Shown: positions 1-9,613 of the stretch, in pieces | Position numbering within the stretch: the stretch's first letter is position 1 | Layout: each line of letters begins with the position of its first letter | Assembly: GCA_031422195.1 (NCBI GenBank) | Contig: JANOPZ010000031.1 | Location: 29,025 to 93,024, forward strand | Reading direction: 5' to 3' | Length of the DNA: 64,000 bases | Origin: Limoniibacter sp. | GTDB lineage: Bacteria > Pseudomonadota > Alphaproteobacteria > Rhizobiales > Rhizobiaceae | Made by a program: the position numbers and the translations under genes | The notes under the pieces: model-generated | Databases searched by the model: none | What the model saw: only the letters and a program-made list of their open reading frames with translations | What the model was told of the DNA's origin: nothing

Positions 1-837
1 ACAGCCCTTTTTGTGTTTCCGGGCTGTTTTAGGTTTCCAATTTTCGTGGGTGCCCCAGCCAAGTTCGGCGGGTTGCAAGCCTTCGGAAATAAAACCTTCA
101 ACAGACCATGTATTCCAAAATGTATCGAGCGGTTTTGCAGCTTTGGTACGCTGCGTATCGCGTTCGGCAACGTGGATGCCTTTAACGCCCGCAGATTTCA
201 TCAACCGCGCCCAACCATCACGGTCGCTGGGTTTTGGGGTTTCAAATAGGAGACCCAAATCTTTTGAAAGATTAACCAGCGCTTGTTTAACAAACCAAGA
301 CACCATACCGGGGTTTGCCCCACATGCTGAAACCGCAGTTGGCCCGCCCGGTTTTTTGCGCTTTTCGGTTTGCACTGCTTCGCGCAGCACATAATTGGTG
401 CGGGCGGCGTTGCCCGCTTTGGCATCATAATAAAAACCGAGCCAAGGCTCGACCACGGTATCGATGTAAAGCGCACCAAGCTCTCGGGACAGCTTCATAA
501 TATCAAGCGATGAGGTGTCGACTGACAGATTGACACAAAATCCTTGGCCGCCGCCATTTGTCAAAAGGGGCGTGAGCATTTCTTTGTAATTTTCCTTTGT
601 GACCGCCTCCCGGATAAAGCGCACACCATGTTTTGCAGCAATTTCCGCGTTTTCACCTTCGGGATTGGGGTCAATAATCACCATACGCGATTTATCGAAG
701 TTAAAATGGCGCTCAATCAAAGGCAGCGTGCCACGCCCGATAGAACCAAAGCCAATCATGACAATAGGCCCCTCAATGGTGGCAAATACGTCATGCCCGG
801 ATTGAATGTTATTGGCTGTATCGGGCTGTGTATGCAT
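1..837 (-). CDS. hss: homospermidine synthase, N-terminal part (the C-terminus lies beyond the window start)
   Basis: Not in the ORF track because there is no stop in the window. My reverse-strand translation from ATG 837-835 stays open to nt 1: MHTQPDTANNIQSGHDVFATIEGPIVMIGFGSIGRGTLPLIERHFNFDKSRMVIIDPNP...GFCVNLSVDTSSLDIMKLSRELGALYIDTVVEPWLGFYYD. The GFGSIGRG Rossmann motif and the CVNLSVDTSS block match bacterial homospermidine synthase as I recall it. Confidence 0.85.
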   Translation of the reverse strand, partial: MHTQPDTANNIQSGHDVFATIEGPIVMIGFGSIGRGTLPLIERHFNFDKSRMVIIDPNPEGENAEIAAKHGVRFIREAVTKENYKEMLTPLLTNGGGQGFCVNLSVDTSSLDIMKLSRELGALYIDTVVEPWLGFYYDAKAGNAARTNYVLREAVQTEKRKKPGGPTAVSACGANPGMVSWFVKQALVNLSKDLGLLFETPKPSDRDGWARLMKSAGVKGIHVAERDTQRTKAAKPLDTFWNTWSVEGFISEGLQPAELGWGTHENWKPKTARKHKKGC

Positions 838-920
838 TTTGACGCCTCAAATCTGAAACGGCGTTATAGGCCGTTACACGTTAAGAGCGAATGCCCATTT
901 TCAGCCAATCATAAAATCTA

Positions 921-1745
921 TTATGCGGCGTCTAACTCATTGGCCAACCGGTCGGCGGCTTGGAGCATGCCTTTGTAATGACGCTCTTCTTGGTTCATGA
1001 GCCGCAACACCGAGGCCAATTTTTTGCCATCACCGCGTTCCACGGTTTGGGTTAGAGGTTCTATGCCAATTCGAATAGTGAAAAGAATATCGCCGGTTTT
1101 TGGTAATTTGGTCAGCGTTTGGCGTTCGGAGCGAAAAAAGCCTTGGCTGATCAGCGAGCGGTCGCAATCAAAATCTTGGGACGTTTCACTGTGACTGCTC
1201 GGATGATGCAACGCATTATCGGGGTAAATTGACCAATTGGCACGGATAACAGTCGTATCATGCGCCAGAGTATCAAACATACGAGCAATAACAGTGGCGT
1301 TGCGTGTGCCGGTGCCGAACCCGGGAACCGTGCTGTGCACAATATCCATCGGGTGACCAAACTTCTCGAGTAAGCGCCAACTTGACGGAAAACACAGAGA
1401 CCCTGCTGCCAAGCGCCAGCCGGTTTCGCCTTTACGCATCAAGACCAGATCATCTTCAATATGCCGTGCGGCGTGCTGTAAGGGTGGTTCACCCAGAGGG
1501 CATGGCGGAATGATGAAGCCAAGCTTGGCGGATGTGAACGCAGAAATGCGGTCCAATGCCTCAATTTGCGCATCAAACGTTTCTTGTTCAGCAGCAAAAA
1601 CCTCGCCAGATTTTGTAGCAATCAAACCCGCTTTTTCTGCCCGGTAGGCCGGCAGTTGATCTGAGACTACAAGCCAGTTTTCAGCCTCTAGCGGTTGAAC
1701 GCCGATCCGAAACGCCGGACCGATAACAGGAAGAATAACGCCCAT
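921..1745 (-). CDS. DUF3445 family protein (heme-dependent oxidative N-demethylase alpha-subunit-like)
   Basis: 274-aa ORF. The block SLCFPSSWRLLEKFGHPMDIVHSTVPGFG resembles the conserved DUF3445 core. Family assignment is from memory only. Confidence 0.55.
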   Translation of the reverse strand: MGVILPVIGPAFRIGVQPLEAENWLVVSDQLPAYRAEKAGLIATKSGEVFAAEQETFDAQIEALDRISAFTSAKLGFIIPPCPLGEPPLQHAARHIEDDLVLMRKGETGWRLAAGSLCFPSSWRLLEKFGHPMDIVHSTVPGFGTGTRNATVIARMFDTLAHDTTVIRANWSIYPDNALHHPSSHSETSQDFDCDRSLISQGFFRSERQTLTKLPKTGDILFTIRIGIEPLTQTVERGDGKKLASVLRLMNQEERHYKGMLQAADRLANELDAA

Positions 1746-1746
1746 A

Positions 1747-3561
1747 TCAATCTTCCAGCGCTTCTAACTCGTCAATAATACCTTCGATTACGCGCAAGCC
1801 GCGGGCCCAGAAGTTGGGGTCGGAAGCATCAAGGCCAAACGGTTCCAAAAGTTCCGAATGATGTTTCGTGCCGCCAGCTTTGAGCATTTCAAAATAGCGC
1901 TGCTGGAAACCTTCATCAGCATTTTCATAGACCGCATAAAGCGCGTTCACGAGGCAATCACCAAAGGCATAGGCATAGACATAAAACGGCGAATGAATGA
2001 AATGCGGAATATAAGTCCAATAGACTTCATAACCATCATTGAGTTTTACCGCGGGCCCGAGGCTGGCGCTTTGCACGCTCATCCAATGGGCGGCAATATC
2101 ATCGGCGGTCAGTTCACCGTTACGGCGGGCTTCGTGGATTTTCCGTTCAAATTGGTAAAACGCAATTTGGCGCATGACAGTATTGATCATGTCTTCCGCC
2201 TTTTGCGCCAGCAATTGCTTGCGTGACGCTTTGTCTTTGGTTTTAGCAAGCAATGATTTGAACGTTAGCATTTCACCAAAGACTGAGGCGGTTTCAGCCA
2301 GCGTCAGGGGCGTATTCGCCATCAAAGCGCCTTGGCCGGCAGCCAAAACCTGATGCACGCCGTGGCCAAGCTCATGGGCCAGCGTCATCACATCGCGTGG
2401 CTTGCCGAGATAGTTGAGAAGCACATAGGGATGGGCAGACGGCACTGTCGGGTGCGCAAAAGCTCCCGGTGCTTTACCCTCACGGTTTGGCGCGTCGATC
2501 CAGTTTTCATCAAAAAAACGTTTTGCAATGGCCGCCATTTCAGGGGCAAATTTGCCGTAGGCTGAAAGGACAGTTTCCCGTGCCTCCTCCCAACTGATCA
2601 GAGCTTGTGGCGATTGCGGCAAAGGTGCGTTGCGATCCCAAAAATTCAGTTGATCCATGCCCAGCCATTTCGCTTTGAGCTTGTAATAACGATGGGCGGT
2701 GCGTGGATAGGCATCTTGAACAGCAGCAACAAGCGCATCGACAACTTCGCCTTCAACGCGGTTGGCCAAATGGCGGCCGTCAGCAACATCGTCAAAGCCT
2801 CGCCAGCGGTCAGAAATTTCTTTGTCCTTGGCTAGCGTATTGGTAATCAGCGCAAACAAACGCGTGTTTTCGATAAATTTTGCGGTCAGGGCTTTGGCGC
2901 CATTTTCACGAACGACTGGATCCGCATTTTGCATCAAGTTCAAAGTAGGCTCTAATCCCAAGCTCACGCCATCGACGTCAAAGCGCATGGCCGCCATGGT
3001 TTCATCAAACAGACGATTCCATGCGGAGGCTCCCGTCATTGATTTTTCTTGAAAGACTTGCTCGACCCGCTCTTCAAGCTGATAGAGTTTTTCCATCCGC
3101 ACGTCTGCAACCCATGGCTTATAATGCGCCAACAGTGCATCAGCCCCAAAAGCGGTCGTTAAGTCTGCATCGCTGATGGCGTTGAGTTCAAGGCTGAAAA
3201 ACACCAATAATGAACTCATTTCAGTCAATGTGCCTTGCACATCGGCAAAAAACTTTGTGGCAGCAGCGTCTGAAGTGTTGCCGTAATAGTTCAAGCCCGC
3301 ATACGAACCCAGACGGCCTGCGCGCTCGTCAATGGCTTCGAAAGCTTTGATCGCCGCGCCTAAGCCGTCATTGCCAGTTGTTTTGGCTGCCTCGCCCAGC
3401 TGGCCTTTCCAGCGCGCGGCAAAGGCTGCGGCTGCATTCACCACCCAGCTAAGGTCGTCAGCAATTTTGGCATCTTCCATACCATGATAGAGGGCCGACA
3501 AATCCCAGACAGGCAGATCGCCCAGAGGGGCTGATTGAGACACGACAGTTTTTTTGGCCAT
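1747..3561 (-). CDS. pepF: M3 family oligoendopeptidase F
   Basis: 604 aa with zinc motif TLAHELGHGVH. Length and overall pattern are typical of PepF/M3B. Confidence 0.9.
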   Translation of the reverse strand: MAKKTVVSQSAPLGDLPVWDLSALYHGMEDAKIADDLSWVVNAAAAFAARWKGQLGEAAKTTGNDGLGAAIKAFEAIDERAGRLGSYAGLNYYGNTSDAAATKFFADVQGTLTEMSSLLVFFSLELNAISDADLTTAFGADALLAHYKPWVADVRMEKLYQLEERVEQVFQEKSMTGASAWNRLFDETMAAMRFDVDGVSLGLEPTLNLMQNADPVVRENGAKALTAKFIENTRLFALITNTLAKDKEISDRWRGFDDVADGRHLANRVEGEVVDALVAAVQDAYPRTAHRYYKLKAKWLGMDQLNFWDRNAPLPQSPQALISWEEARETVLSAYGKFAPEMAAIAKRFFDENWIDAPNREGKAPGAFAHPTVPSAHPYVLLNYLGKPRDVMTLAHELGHGVHQVLAAGQGALMANTPLTLAETASVFGEMLTFKSLLAKTKDKASRKQLLAQKAEDMINTVMRQIAFYQFERKIHEARRNGELTADDIAAHWMSVQSASLGPAVKLNDGYEVYWTYIPHFIHSPFYVYAYAFGDCLVNALYAVYENADEGFQQRYFEMLKAGGTKHHSELLEPFGLDASDPNFWARGLRVIEGIIDELEALED

Positions 3562-3687
3562 ATTAATTGCTCAAATTTGAATGATCCGGTTTGTCCAACC
3601 TTCAGCATTTCAGGTGTACTGTTTTGGCCTACGCTGCAAACAAAGCAGTCATAGAACACAGATTTGTTTTAGCCCGCGAAAGCCGCC

Positions 3688-5202
3688 ATGCAAGCACTGA
3701 TTATGCAAGAACCCGTTCTGATTGTTGACGATGACCCGGTGCAACGCCGTTTGTCAGAAGCCACACTGCTGCGTGCCGGTTTTAATGTGGTAACTGTTGA
3801 TAATGGCAAAGATGCGCTAGCGCGTTTAGAAACCGAAGCCTTTTCCGCAGTCCTTCTTGATATGATGATGCCGGGTATTGATGGTGCCGGAGTTCTGTCG
3901 GGTTTGGCACAATTGGGTGTTGCAACCCCGGTGGTTATCCAAACCGCGCAAGGTTCAATTGATGCTGCGGTTCGGATGGTGCGTGCCGGTGCGTTTGACT
4001 TTCTTGTAAAACCAGTCGCGCCTGAAAAGCTTGTCGCTTCGCTTCAAGCAGCGATAAAGCTTCTTGTGTTTGAAGGCAAAGCGCAACACGCCAGAGCCCG
4101 CGCGGCCGAACGGTTCAGCCTTGATGATCTGGTGACGCAAAGTCCATATATGGAGAAAGTCGTGAGGCTTGCAGCGCGTGCAGCAGCTTCGAATATACCG
4201 GTGCTGATTGAGGGCGAGTCTGGCGTCGGTAAGGAAATGGTGGCGCGCGCCATTCAATCGCAAAGCAATCGCCGCTCAAAAGCGTTTCTCACCGTTAATT
4301 GCGGTGCCATTCCGGAAAAGCTGGTGGAAAGCATTTTATTTGGGCATGAAAAAGGTGCGTTTACCGGTGCCAATGAACGCCATGACGGCAAGTTTGTTGA
4401 AGCGGATCACGGCACCTTGTTTTTGGACGAAATCGGCGAGTTGCCGCTTGATGTGCAGGTAAAATTGCTGCGTGCCGTGCAATTTAATGAAATTGACCCG
4501 GTGGGTGCCAAACGCCCGCGTTCGGTCGATATACGGTTGATTTCTGCCACTAATAAAAATTTAATTGAAGAAATTAAAGCCTCGCGCTTTCGCGAAGATT
4601 TGTTCTATCGTCTCAATGTGTTTCCAATTCATGTGCCGCCATTGCGTGAGCGCCGTGAGGATATTGCCCAATTGGCGGGCCATTTTCTAAAGCGTTATGC
4701 TCATATCACCCCACAATCACCAGCGCAGCGCATTTCTGCCTCAGCCCTCGGCGTGCTCATCAAGCATGACTGGCCGGGCAATATTCGTGAACTTGAAAAT
4801 GCCATCTACCGAGCCGTGGTTTTGGCCGATGGTCCTGAATTGCGTCCAGAGCAGTTTCCACAAATATTGGCGCAATCTGCCCCGATTATCGTGCAGACCG
4901 GTTTTTTGTCTGAGGTGCACATTGAGGCTCCCCCTTTAGCACATGAACCCGAGCTTCTTCCCGTTACTGATAACGCGGCGGTAAATGTGGCCGGTGGGTT
5001 AAGCGTTGTAAACTCCAGCGGTCATATCCGCGCACTGGAGGATATTGAGGCTGATATTTTACGTATCGCTATTGCGCATTATGATGGTCAGTTGTCAGAG
5101 GTGGCACGGCGGCTGGGTATTGGCCGTTCAACACTTTATCGCAAAATTGCAGATTTTGGCTTGGATAGTGGCGTTTCAGGGCTTGACCATAAAGCCAATT
5201 GA
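3688..5202 (+). CDS. sigma-54-dependent response regulator (NtrC/Fis family)
   Basis: N-terminal receiver (LIVDDDP...LLDMMMPG). AAA+ domain with Walker A GESGVGKE and the sigma-54 contact motif GAFTGA. C-terminal Fis-type HTH (GIGRSTLYRKI). Confidence 0.9.
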   Translation: MQALIMQEPVLIVDDDPVQRRLSEATLLRAGFNVVTVDNGKDALARLETEAFSAVLLDMMMPGIDGAGVLSGLAQLGVATPVVIQTAQGSIDAAVRMVRAGAFDFLVKPVAPEKLVASLQAAIKLLVFEGKAQHARARAAERFSLDDLVTQSPYMEKVVRLAARAAASNIPVLIEGESGVGKEMVARAIQSQSNRRSKAFLTVNCGAIPEKLVESILFGHEKGAFTGANERHDGKFVEADHGTLFLDEIGELPLDVQVKLLRAVQFNEIDPVGAKRPRSVDIRLISATNKNLIEEIKASRFREDLFYRLNVFPIHVPPLRERREDIAQLAGHFLKRYAHITPQSPAQRISASALGVLIKHDWPGNIRELENAIYRAVVLADGPELRPEQFPQILAQSAPIIVQTGFLSEVHIEAPPLAHEPELLPVTDNAAVNVAGGLSVVNSSGHIRALEDIEADILRIAIAHYDGQLSEVARRLGIGRSTLYRKIADFGLDSGVSGLDHKAN

Positions 5203-5406
5203 ACATCCCTTTACCAGTGATTAACTGTGTTTCGTCATGGTCAGATTTGGTTTTTCCATCTTGTCATGGAATGACCGCATTTGTTTGACATGCCGGTTTG
5301 GTGCAAACAGCCATAGTTAAAGACGCTTTGCCACTTGCTATGTGGCAATACAGTTTGGGGATAGGGTATTTTGGTGTTGCGTTTTGCAAAGCCCATCGGT
5401 GGTTTG

Positions 5407-7161
5407 ATGCGTAACGGGATGTTGTCTGTCATAGGCTTGTTGTGTCTGGCCGCTGCTTCGCAACCCGCATTTGCTGAGACCCGAACACTGAAGTTGTTTT
5501 ACGTGCACACCAATGAGCGCGCGGAAGTTACTTATAAACGCAATGGCAAGTATCTTTCAGAAGGCCTGAAAAAAGCCAACCATATGCTGCGCGATTGGCG
5601 CCGCAATGAACCTACTAAAATGGATGTAAAAACGCTCGATATCCTTTGGGAAGTTTATCGTGCGTCAGGCTCGCGCGACTATATTCACGTGGTATCAGCC
5701 TATCGTTCGCCAGCCACCAATGCAATGCTGCGGCGGACGCGCGGCGGGCAGGCCGAAAAAAGCCAGCATTTGCTGGGCAAGGCGATCGACTTTTATTTGC
5801 CCGATGTAAAGCTTTCCAAATTGCGCGCCATTGCCTTTAAAATTCAAGGCGGCGGCGTTGGTTTTTATCCCCGTTCCGGCTCACCGTTTGTCCATGTTGA
5901 TAGTGGTAATGTACGTGCTTGGCCCCGGATGAGCCGCAATGAATTGTTAGCGCTTTTTCCGGATGGTAAAACCGTGCATTTGCCAGCCGACGGTAAACCA
6001 TTGCCGGGCTATCAGGCAGCCCTTGCCGCTTATAAAAACGGCAAAGGCAAAAACAGTTCGATAGTGGTGGATAATTCTTCGTCAGAGAAAAAACCGACAT
6101 TATGGGCGGCGCTTTTTGGCGGCGGGGCTGACGAAAGTGACGATGAAGCAGACGTTTCAATCGTAGCCGCTAATCCGCCAGCCAAAGCGCCTGTTGCTAT
6201 GGTGGCAGCAAAGCCAACAAAGCCAGCAAAACCACTGGCAGTCGATATTGCGGCCTTGCAACCTGATGCGATGGATGGCGCGCCGGACACTTCAGGGTCG
6301 GGCCAAGTTGCCTCTATCCAGCCGGAGCAAAATGCAACGCAAGCCGCTTTAGCCCTTGCGGCTATTGCAGTGGTGGCACCCGCCTATACGGCCTTGCCCA
6401 AGCGCAATGCGCCGGTTCCAAGTGCGGCGCCTCGCTTAGCGGCGGCCCAAGCCGAAGAGGTTACGGTGGCAGCAATCGAACCTATTGATCCGGCAAATGT
6501 TGAGGCGGCGCAGGCTTTGGCTGAGGCTGAAATTGCTGCCATTGATTTTGATGCCAATTCAAAATTACCGGCAGATGGTCCTGTGCCAACACCTCGTCCG
6601 GTACTGGCAGTTGCTTCAACTGAAACAGGAATACCTGCTGACAGCGTTGATATTGCGGCACTCAGCGCCGACCCTGCTGCAGTATCCAATCAAGATGAAT
6701 TGCGCGCCGCTTTTGCGCCCGTGCCAGAAGCTGCGCCCGGCCGGGACATAGGGGTTGAACCCTTGACACCTGCGGAAACTGATATGGCTTTAGAAGACGG
6801 CGCGTTTGAGCTGGCTTCTTTGCCAGCCAATGGCCCCATTCCTGAACTGCGTCGTGATACGTTGTCAGCCACACCGGAAACCATTCAGCCTGTTATCAAA
6901 AACTCGGCTGCTATTGGTGCAAACTTAAAGACCGGTGTTAAAACAACAGGCAAAAGTCCGAAATTGATTATCGGCAAAATAGTGCAAAAAAAGGCTGTCC
7001 AGCAGCCTGAATTGCCACTGCTTGTCAATCCGGATCGTTTCGGTCCTATTTCCAGCCAAAGCGCATCAAATGATGTGTCTAAGTTAAAAAAAGCTGACAA
7101 AGGCCCGCGCATTTTGCCGGACGGCTCCACGCTGGTGTCTTCTGGAAAAATCGCGCCGTAA
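5407..7161 (+). CDS. secreted DUF882 / peptidase M15A family protein with a long Ala/Pro-rich C-terminal region
   Basis: The track ORF 5371..7161 starts at TTG. ATG 5407 gives the signal peptide MRNGMLSVIGLLCLAAASQPAFA. The DUF882 core includes SAYRSPATN, SQHLLGKAIDF and FVHVD (M15-type zinc ligands). The last ~400 aa are low complexity. Confidence 0.8.
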   Translation: MRNGMLSVIGLLCLAAASQPAFAETRTLKLFYVHTNERAEVTYKRNGKYLSEGLKKANHMLRDWRRNEPTKMDVKTLDILWEVYRASGSRDYIHVVSAYRSPATNAMLRRTRGGQAEKSQHLLGKAIDFYLPDVKLSKLRAIAFKIQGGGVGFYPRSGSPFVHVDSGNVRAWPRMSRNELLALFPDGKTVHLPADGKPLPGYQAALAAYKNGKGKNSSIVVDNSSSEKKPTLWAALFGGGADESDDEADVSIVAANPPAKAPVAMVAAKPTKPAKPLAVDIAALQPDAMDGAPDTSGSGQVASIQPEQNATQAALALAAIAVVAPAYTALPKRNAPVPSAAPRLAAAQAEEVTVAAIEPIDPANVEAAQALAEAEIAAIDFDANSKLPADGPVPTPRPVLAVASTETGIPADSVDIAALSADPAAVSNQDELRAAFAPVPEAAPGRDIGVEPLTPAETDMALEDGAFELASLPANGPIPELRRDTLSATPETIQPVIKNSAAIGANLKTGVKTTGKSPKLIIGKIVQKKAVQQPELPLLVNPDRFGPISSQSASNDVSKLKKADKGPRILPDGSTLVSSGKIAP

Positions 7162-7166
7162 AACGG

Positions 7167-7805
7167 TCAGCCTTTGATTTGGCTTGCCTGGCGGGCCAAT
7201 TCTTCAATTTCCGCAAATCGGCCTTCGGCGATCATTGCTTTTGGTGTTATCCATGATCCGCCGATGCAAACGACGTTCGGTAATTTTAAGTAACTGGTGG
7301 CGCTATCAGCCGTAATGCCGCCGGTTGGGCAAAACATCAGGCCCTTGAGTGGTGACGATACAGCATTAAGATAGTTTGCACCGCCCGCTTGCTCAGCTGG
7401 GAAAAACTTCAAATAAGTGTAGCCCGCCGCGCGGGCCTCCATCATTTCTGACGGCGTAACTGCCCCCGGCAGCAATGGCACAGCGTGGTCGTTGGCCACA
7501 GCAACCAAATCGCGCGTGAGGCCGGGGCTGACAATATAGCGCGCGCCGGCGATCACAGCCTGTTCAAAGGTTTGCGGGTCTAAAATAGTGCCTGCGCCGA
7601 TAATTGCGCCTTCCACTTCACCGGCGATGCGGCGGATGGCTTCTAAAGCGGCGCTGGTGCGAAGCGTTACTTCAATGGCAAGCAAGCCGCCTGCAACCAA
7701 GGCTTGTGCCATAGCTACAGCTTGATGGGCGTCTTCAATCAACACCACCGGAATGACAGGTTGGCCTTCAAGAACCGGCTTTAAGGCTGAGATGTTTTGC
7801 GGCAT
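7167..7805 (-). CDS. eda: 2-dehydro-3-deoxy-phosphogluconate (KDPG) / KHG aldolase
   Basis: IPVVLIED...AIEVTLRT...GAGTIL...VSPG...[10 protein letters not shown] is the Eda signature pattern. ATG 7805 gives the usual 212 aa; the track ORF extends to 7847. Confidence 0.85.
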   Translation of the reverse strand: MPQNISALKPVLEGQPVIPVVLIEDAHQAVAMAQALVAGGLLAIEVTLRTSAALEAIRRIAGEVEGAIIGAGTILDPQTFEQAVIAGARYIVSPGLTRDLVAVANDHAVPLLPGAVTPSEMMEARAAGYTYLKFFPAEQAGGANYLNAVSSPLKGLMFCPTGGITADSATSYLKLPNVVCIGGSWITPKAMIAEGRFAEIEELARQASQIKG

Positions 7806-7945
7806 TGGGTCACCAGTTCTAAATCGATTTAGGTTGAAAGTTATCATTTACGAATGCCAGCTGTCCAGCGTTTGTCGGCAAATGGGTTGCCAATGGCATA
7901 GCCCTGCCACTAAGGGTGCGACATTATAGCAGATAAAGCCAACCG

Positions 7946-8824
7946 ATGACCGAAAGCACAAAGCACGTTTTGCACAATGCCGCTTATGATGTGGTGGCGC
8001 TTTATGCGTTCACCCCCATCAGCGACCCGATGGCGCTGCAGTCGGAGCTTCGGGTTTTCGCATCGACTGAAAATCTGTGCGGCACTTTGATCCTGGCCAA
8101 AGAAGGCTTCAACGGCACATTGGCGGGGCCGCGTGCAGGCCTCAACCGTTTGGTAGAACGAATGACGGCACTGCTTGCACCGGGGCGTGAAGCTGAAATC
8201 AAATTTAGCCGCGCAACAGGCCGCCCGTTTTGGAAACTCAAAATCAAGGTCAAAAACGAGATTGTAACGCTTGGGCTGGATAGCATTGACCCGTCGCGTA
8301 ACGCAGGAACTTATGTCAAGCCGGCAGACTGGAACGCGTTGATTGCAGATCCTGACACGGTCGTGATCGATACGCGCAACTTTTACGAAATTGTTGTTGG
8401 CACGTTTGAAAATGCCATTGATCCTGAAACGCGGCTATTTAGCGAGTTTCCAAAATGGGTGGAAGAAAACCGGGAAAAACTCGCGGGTAAGCGTTTGGCA
8501 ATGTTCTGCACAGGCGGTATCCGCTGTGAAAAAGCAACTGCTTTAATGAAGGTTGAAGGGTTTAATGATGTGCACCATTTGCAGGGCGGTATTTTGCGCT
8601 ATCTTGAAGATGTGCCGCCTGAGCAGAGTTTATGGAAGGGGGACTGTGTTGTTTTTGATAAACGCGTGGTGTTGGGCCATGGCCTCATTGAAGGCGAGCA
8701 TATTGATTGCCCCAATTGCGGAACGCCCATTGCAGCAGCAACAATTGACAATAGTAAGCCGCATTGCCCTGATTGCATCCGTACCTCTTTAATTGCGGCG
8801 TCACAAAACCCATCTACCGCCTAG
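7946..8824 (+). CDS. trhO: rhodanese-domain protein, UPF0176/TrhO-type tRNA uridine(34) hydroxylase
   Basis: 292 aa. N-terminal ACT-like region followed by a rhodanese active-site loop FCTGGIRCEKA. C-terminal Cys cluster CPNCG...CPDC. Confidence 0.75.
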   Translation: MTESTKHVLHNAAYDVVALYAFTPISDPMALQSELRVFASTENLCGTLILAKEGFNGTLAGPRAGLNRLVERMTALLAPGREAEIKFSRATGRPFWKLKIKVKNEIVTLGLDSIDPSRNAGTYVKPADWNALIADPDTVVIDTRNFYEIVVGTFENAIDPETRLFSEFPKWVEENREKLAGKRLAMFCTGGIRCEKATALMKVEGFNDVHHLQGGILRYLEDVPPEQSLWKGDCVVFDKRVVLGHGLIEGEHIDCPNCGTPIAAATIDNSKPHCPDCIRTSLIAASQNPSTA

Positions 8825-8851
8825 CAACACCGTTCTGTCAGGAGCCAGCCC

Positions 8852-9592
8852 ATGTTTGACCCGAAAAACTTCAATCTTTCACAGCTGAAAAACATTGATG
8901 CCAAGGGCATTCTTGATCAACTTATGGGCTCAAAAGCCCCTGGCGACAGCACAACTGTAAAAGACCGTGCCGGGCAAGCCTTGGATATGGCGAAGAAAAA
9001 TCCGCTCGCAGCAGGTGCACTGGCCGCTGTTTTGCTTGGCACAGGAACTGGACGTGCGGTTGCAGGTTCAGCAGTTCAGCTCGGCGGTTTGGCTGCAATT
9101 GCGGCGCTGGGTTACAAGGCCTATCAAAATTACCAATCGGGCAAACCTATTTTGCCACAAAAAACCGATGCTACTTTGCCAGATGCAGACGTTATTGAAG
9201 GCACGGCCTTCGACCAAACTGCACAAGGTGAGGCCGGTGAAATGTTCACGCTCAGTCTTGTGCGCGTAATGATTGCTGCAGCACGGGCCGACGGCCATAT
9301 TGATGATGCTGAACGCGCCGCTATTTTAGGTAAACTCAAAACATCAGGCATGAATGAGGAAGTTCAATCTTTCATCGACCATGAAATTTCAAACCCGGTT
9401 GACCTCGACGGCCTTGTTGCGAGCGCCGTCACCGAAGAGCAAAAAGTTGAACTTTACACCGCCGCCCGCCTGACAATTTCGCCCGACAGCCGCGCAGAAC
9501 GCGGGTTTTTGGACATGCTTGCAGGGCGGCTGGGGCTGGCCGATGCGTTGATCGATCATATTGATGCGACGGTTAAGGGTGTGAGTGTTTAA
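8852..9592 (+). CDS. DUF533 / TerB-like (YebE family) membrane-associated protein
   Basis: 246 aa. A Gly/Ala-rich hydrophobic segment is followed by a TerB-like C-terminal domain (ADGHIDDAERAAI). Confidence 0.7.
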   Translation: MFDPKNFNLSQLKNIDAKGILDQLMGSKAPGDSTTVKDRAGQALDMAKKNPLAAGALAAVLLGTGTGRAVAGSAVQLGGLAAIAALGYKAYQNYQSGKPILPQKTDATLPDADVIEGTAFDQTAQGEAGEMFTLSLVRVMIAAARADGHIDDAERAAILGKLKTSGMNEEVQSFIDHEISNPVDLDGLVASAVTEEQKVELYTAARLTISPDSRAERGFLDMLAGRLGLADALIDHIDATVKGVSV

Positions 9593-9613
9593 TTACCCCG
9601 CCAAAAACCCCCT

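Noticed and set aside
11-978. Several plus-strand ORFs (127, 78, 61, 144 and 68 aa) at the window start
   Set aside because: All lie antisense to, or out of frame with, the open homospermidine synthase frame (837 to 1, minus strand), which has clear family motifs.
5203-5406. Sigma-54 (-24/-12) promoter upstream of the DUF882 gene, next to the sigma-54 activator
   Set aside because: The best candidate, TGGCAATACAGTTTGG, lacks the GC of the -12 element at the correct spacing. There is no TGGCAC-N5-TTGC match.
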